Source of the DNA: Bacteroidota bacterium
GTDB taxonomy: Bacteria > Bacteroidota > Bacteroidia > Bacteroidales > Paludibacteraceae
NCBI GenBank assembly: GCA_030706465.1
Contig: JAUZOM010000001.1
Location: forward strand, 1,288 to 65,287
Reading direction: 5' to 3'
Length of the DNA stretch: 64,000 nucleotides
A program made the position numbers and the translations under genes. Positions within the stretch are counted from its first letter, which is position 1. Each line of letters starts with the position of its first letter. Of the stretch, positions 63,835 through 64,000 are shown piece after piece. The notes beneath the pieces are model-generated. The model ran no database searches. It saw only the letters and a program-made list of their open reading frames with translations, and had not been told where the DNA came from.

Positions 63835-64000
63835 TGTTCTCGGTAAGACAATAAACCGTATGGCAGAAAGAATAATAAATGCCGAGCCCATACGGGAATG
63901 TACCATCGCTGAAAATTAGCAGAAAGTCTTAAAACTTTATTCCCCTGTTTATAAGCAACAAAGACATATGACAATTAGACAATTAGGTCGAACTTACGTT

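Noticed and set aside
1-64000. Mobile genetic element, prophage or defence island
   Set aside because: I found no integrase, transposase, phage, toxin-antitoxin, restriction or Cas-like motifs in any frame. The rearrangement footprints (gene fragment, repeat elements) are not enough to call a mobile element.

Overview
This 64-kb window looks like a Bacteroidota chromosome segment, roughly 40% GC by eye. It has SusC/SusD pairs and Por/T9SS C-terminal sorting tails, so it is probably not a gut Bacteroides. Almost all of it is polysaccharide-utilization machinery, arranged as two divergent superclusters around a 1.1-kb non-coding gap (35.2-36.4 kb).

Minus-strand cluster (about 35.2 kb down to 1). 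It starts with an unusual transmembrane regulator (LamG + Kelch sensor, one TM helix, SARP-like DNA-binding domain). The genes that follow are GH92, GH125, GH3, a GxGYxYP protein, SusC, SusD, two DUF4959/DUF4998-type surface lipoproteins, GH92, two T9SS-secreted phosphoesterases (EEP and PAP-like), GH38, an SGNH esterase, a calcineurin-like phosphoesterase, a secreted thioredoxin, and an alkaline-phosphatase-superfamily phosphodiesterase with a PA14 domain that runs off the window. I read this as an alpha-mannoside (fungal mannan or high-mannose glycan) locus that is unusually rich in phosphoesterases.

Plus-strand cluster (36.4-64 kb). It encodes GH30, an acyltransferase, an orphan periplasmic sugar-binding lipoprotein (minus strand), a GH2-like enzyme, a gene fragment, GH92, a CBM-GH30-T9SS enzyme, a tandem-CBM T9SS protein, two lipocalin-like lipoproteins, two consecutive SusC/SusD pairs and a small lipoprotein.

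I found no rRNA, tRNA, CRISPR array, transposase or integrase.

The non-coding space holds the least explained signals:
- a GC-rich, ORF-free island of about 0.75 kb (40.35-41.05 kb), ending in an array of 11-bp tandem repeats;
- a mosaic family of roughly 240-nt intergenic elements, with copies at 32.4, 41.3 and 47.9 kb;
- a conserved leader element upstream of three minus-strand starts;
- several very long perfect hairpins;
- three reading frames interrupted exactly at homopolymer runs. These may be assembly errors rather than biology.

Every functional call rests on motif and domain recognition by eye. No database search was run.
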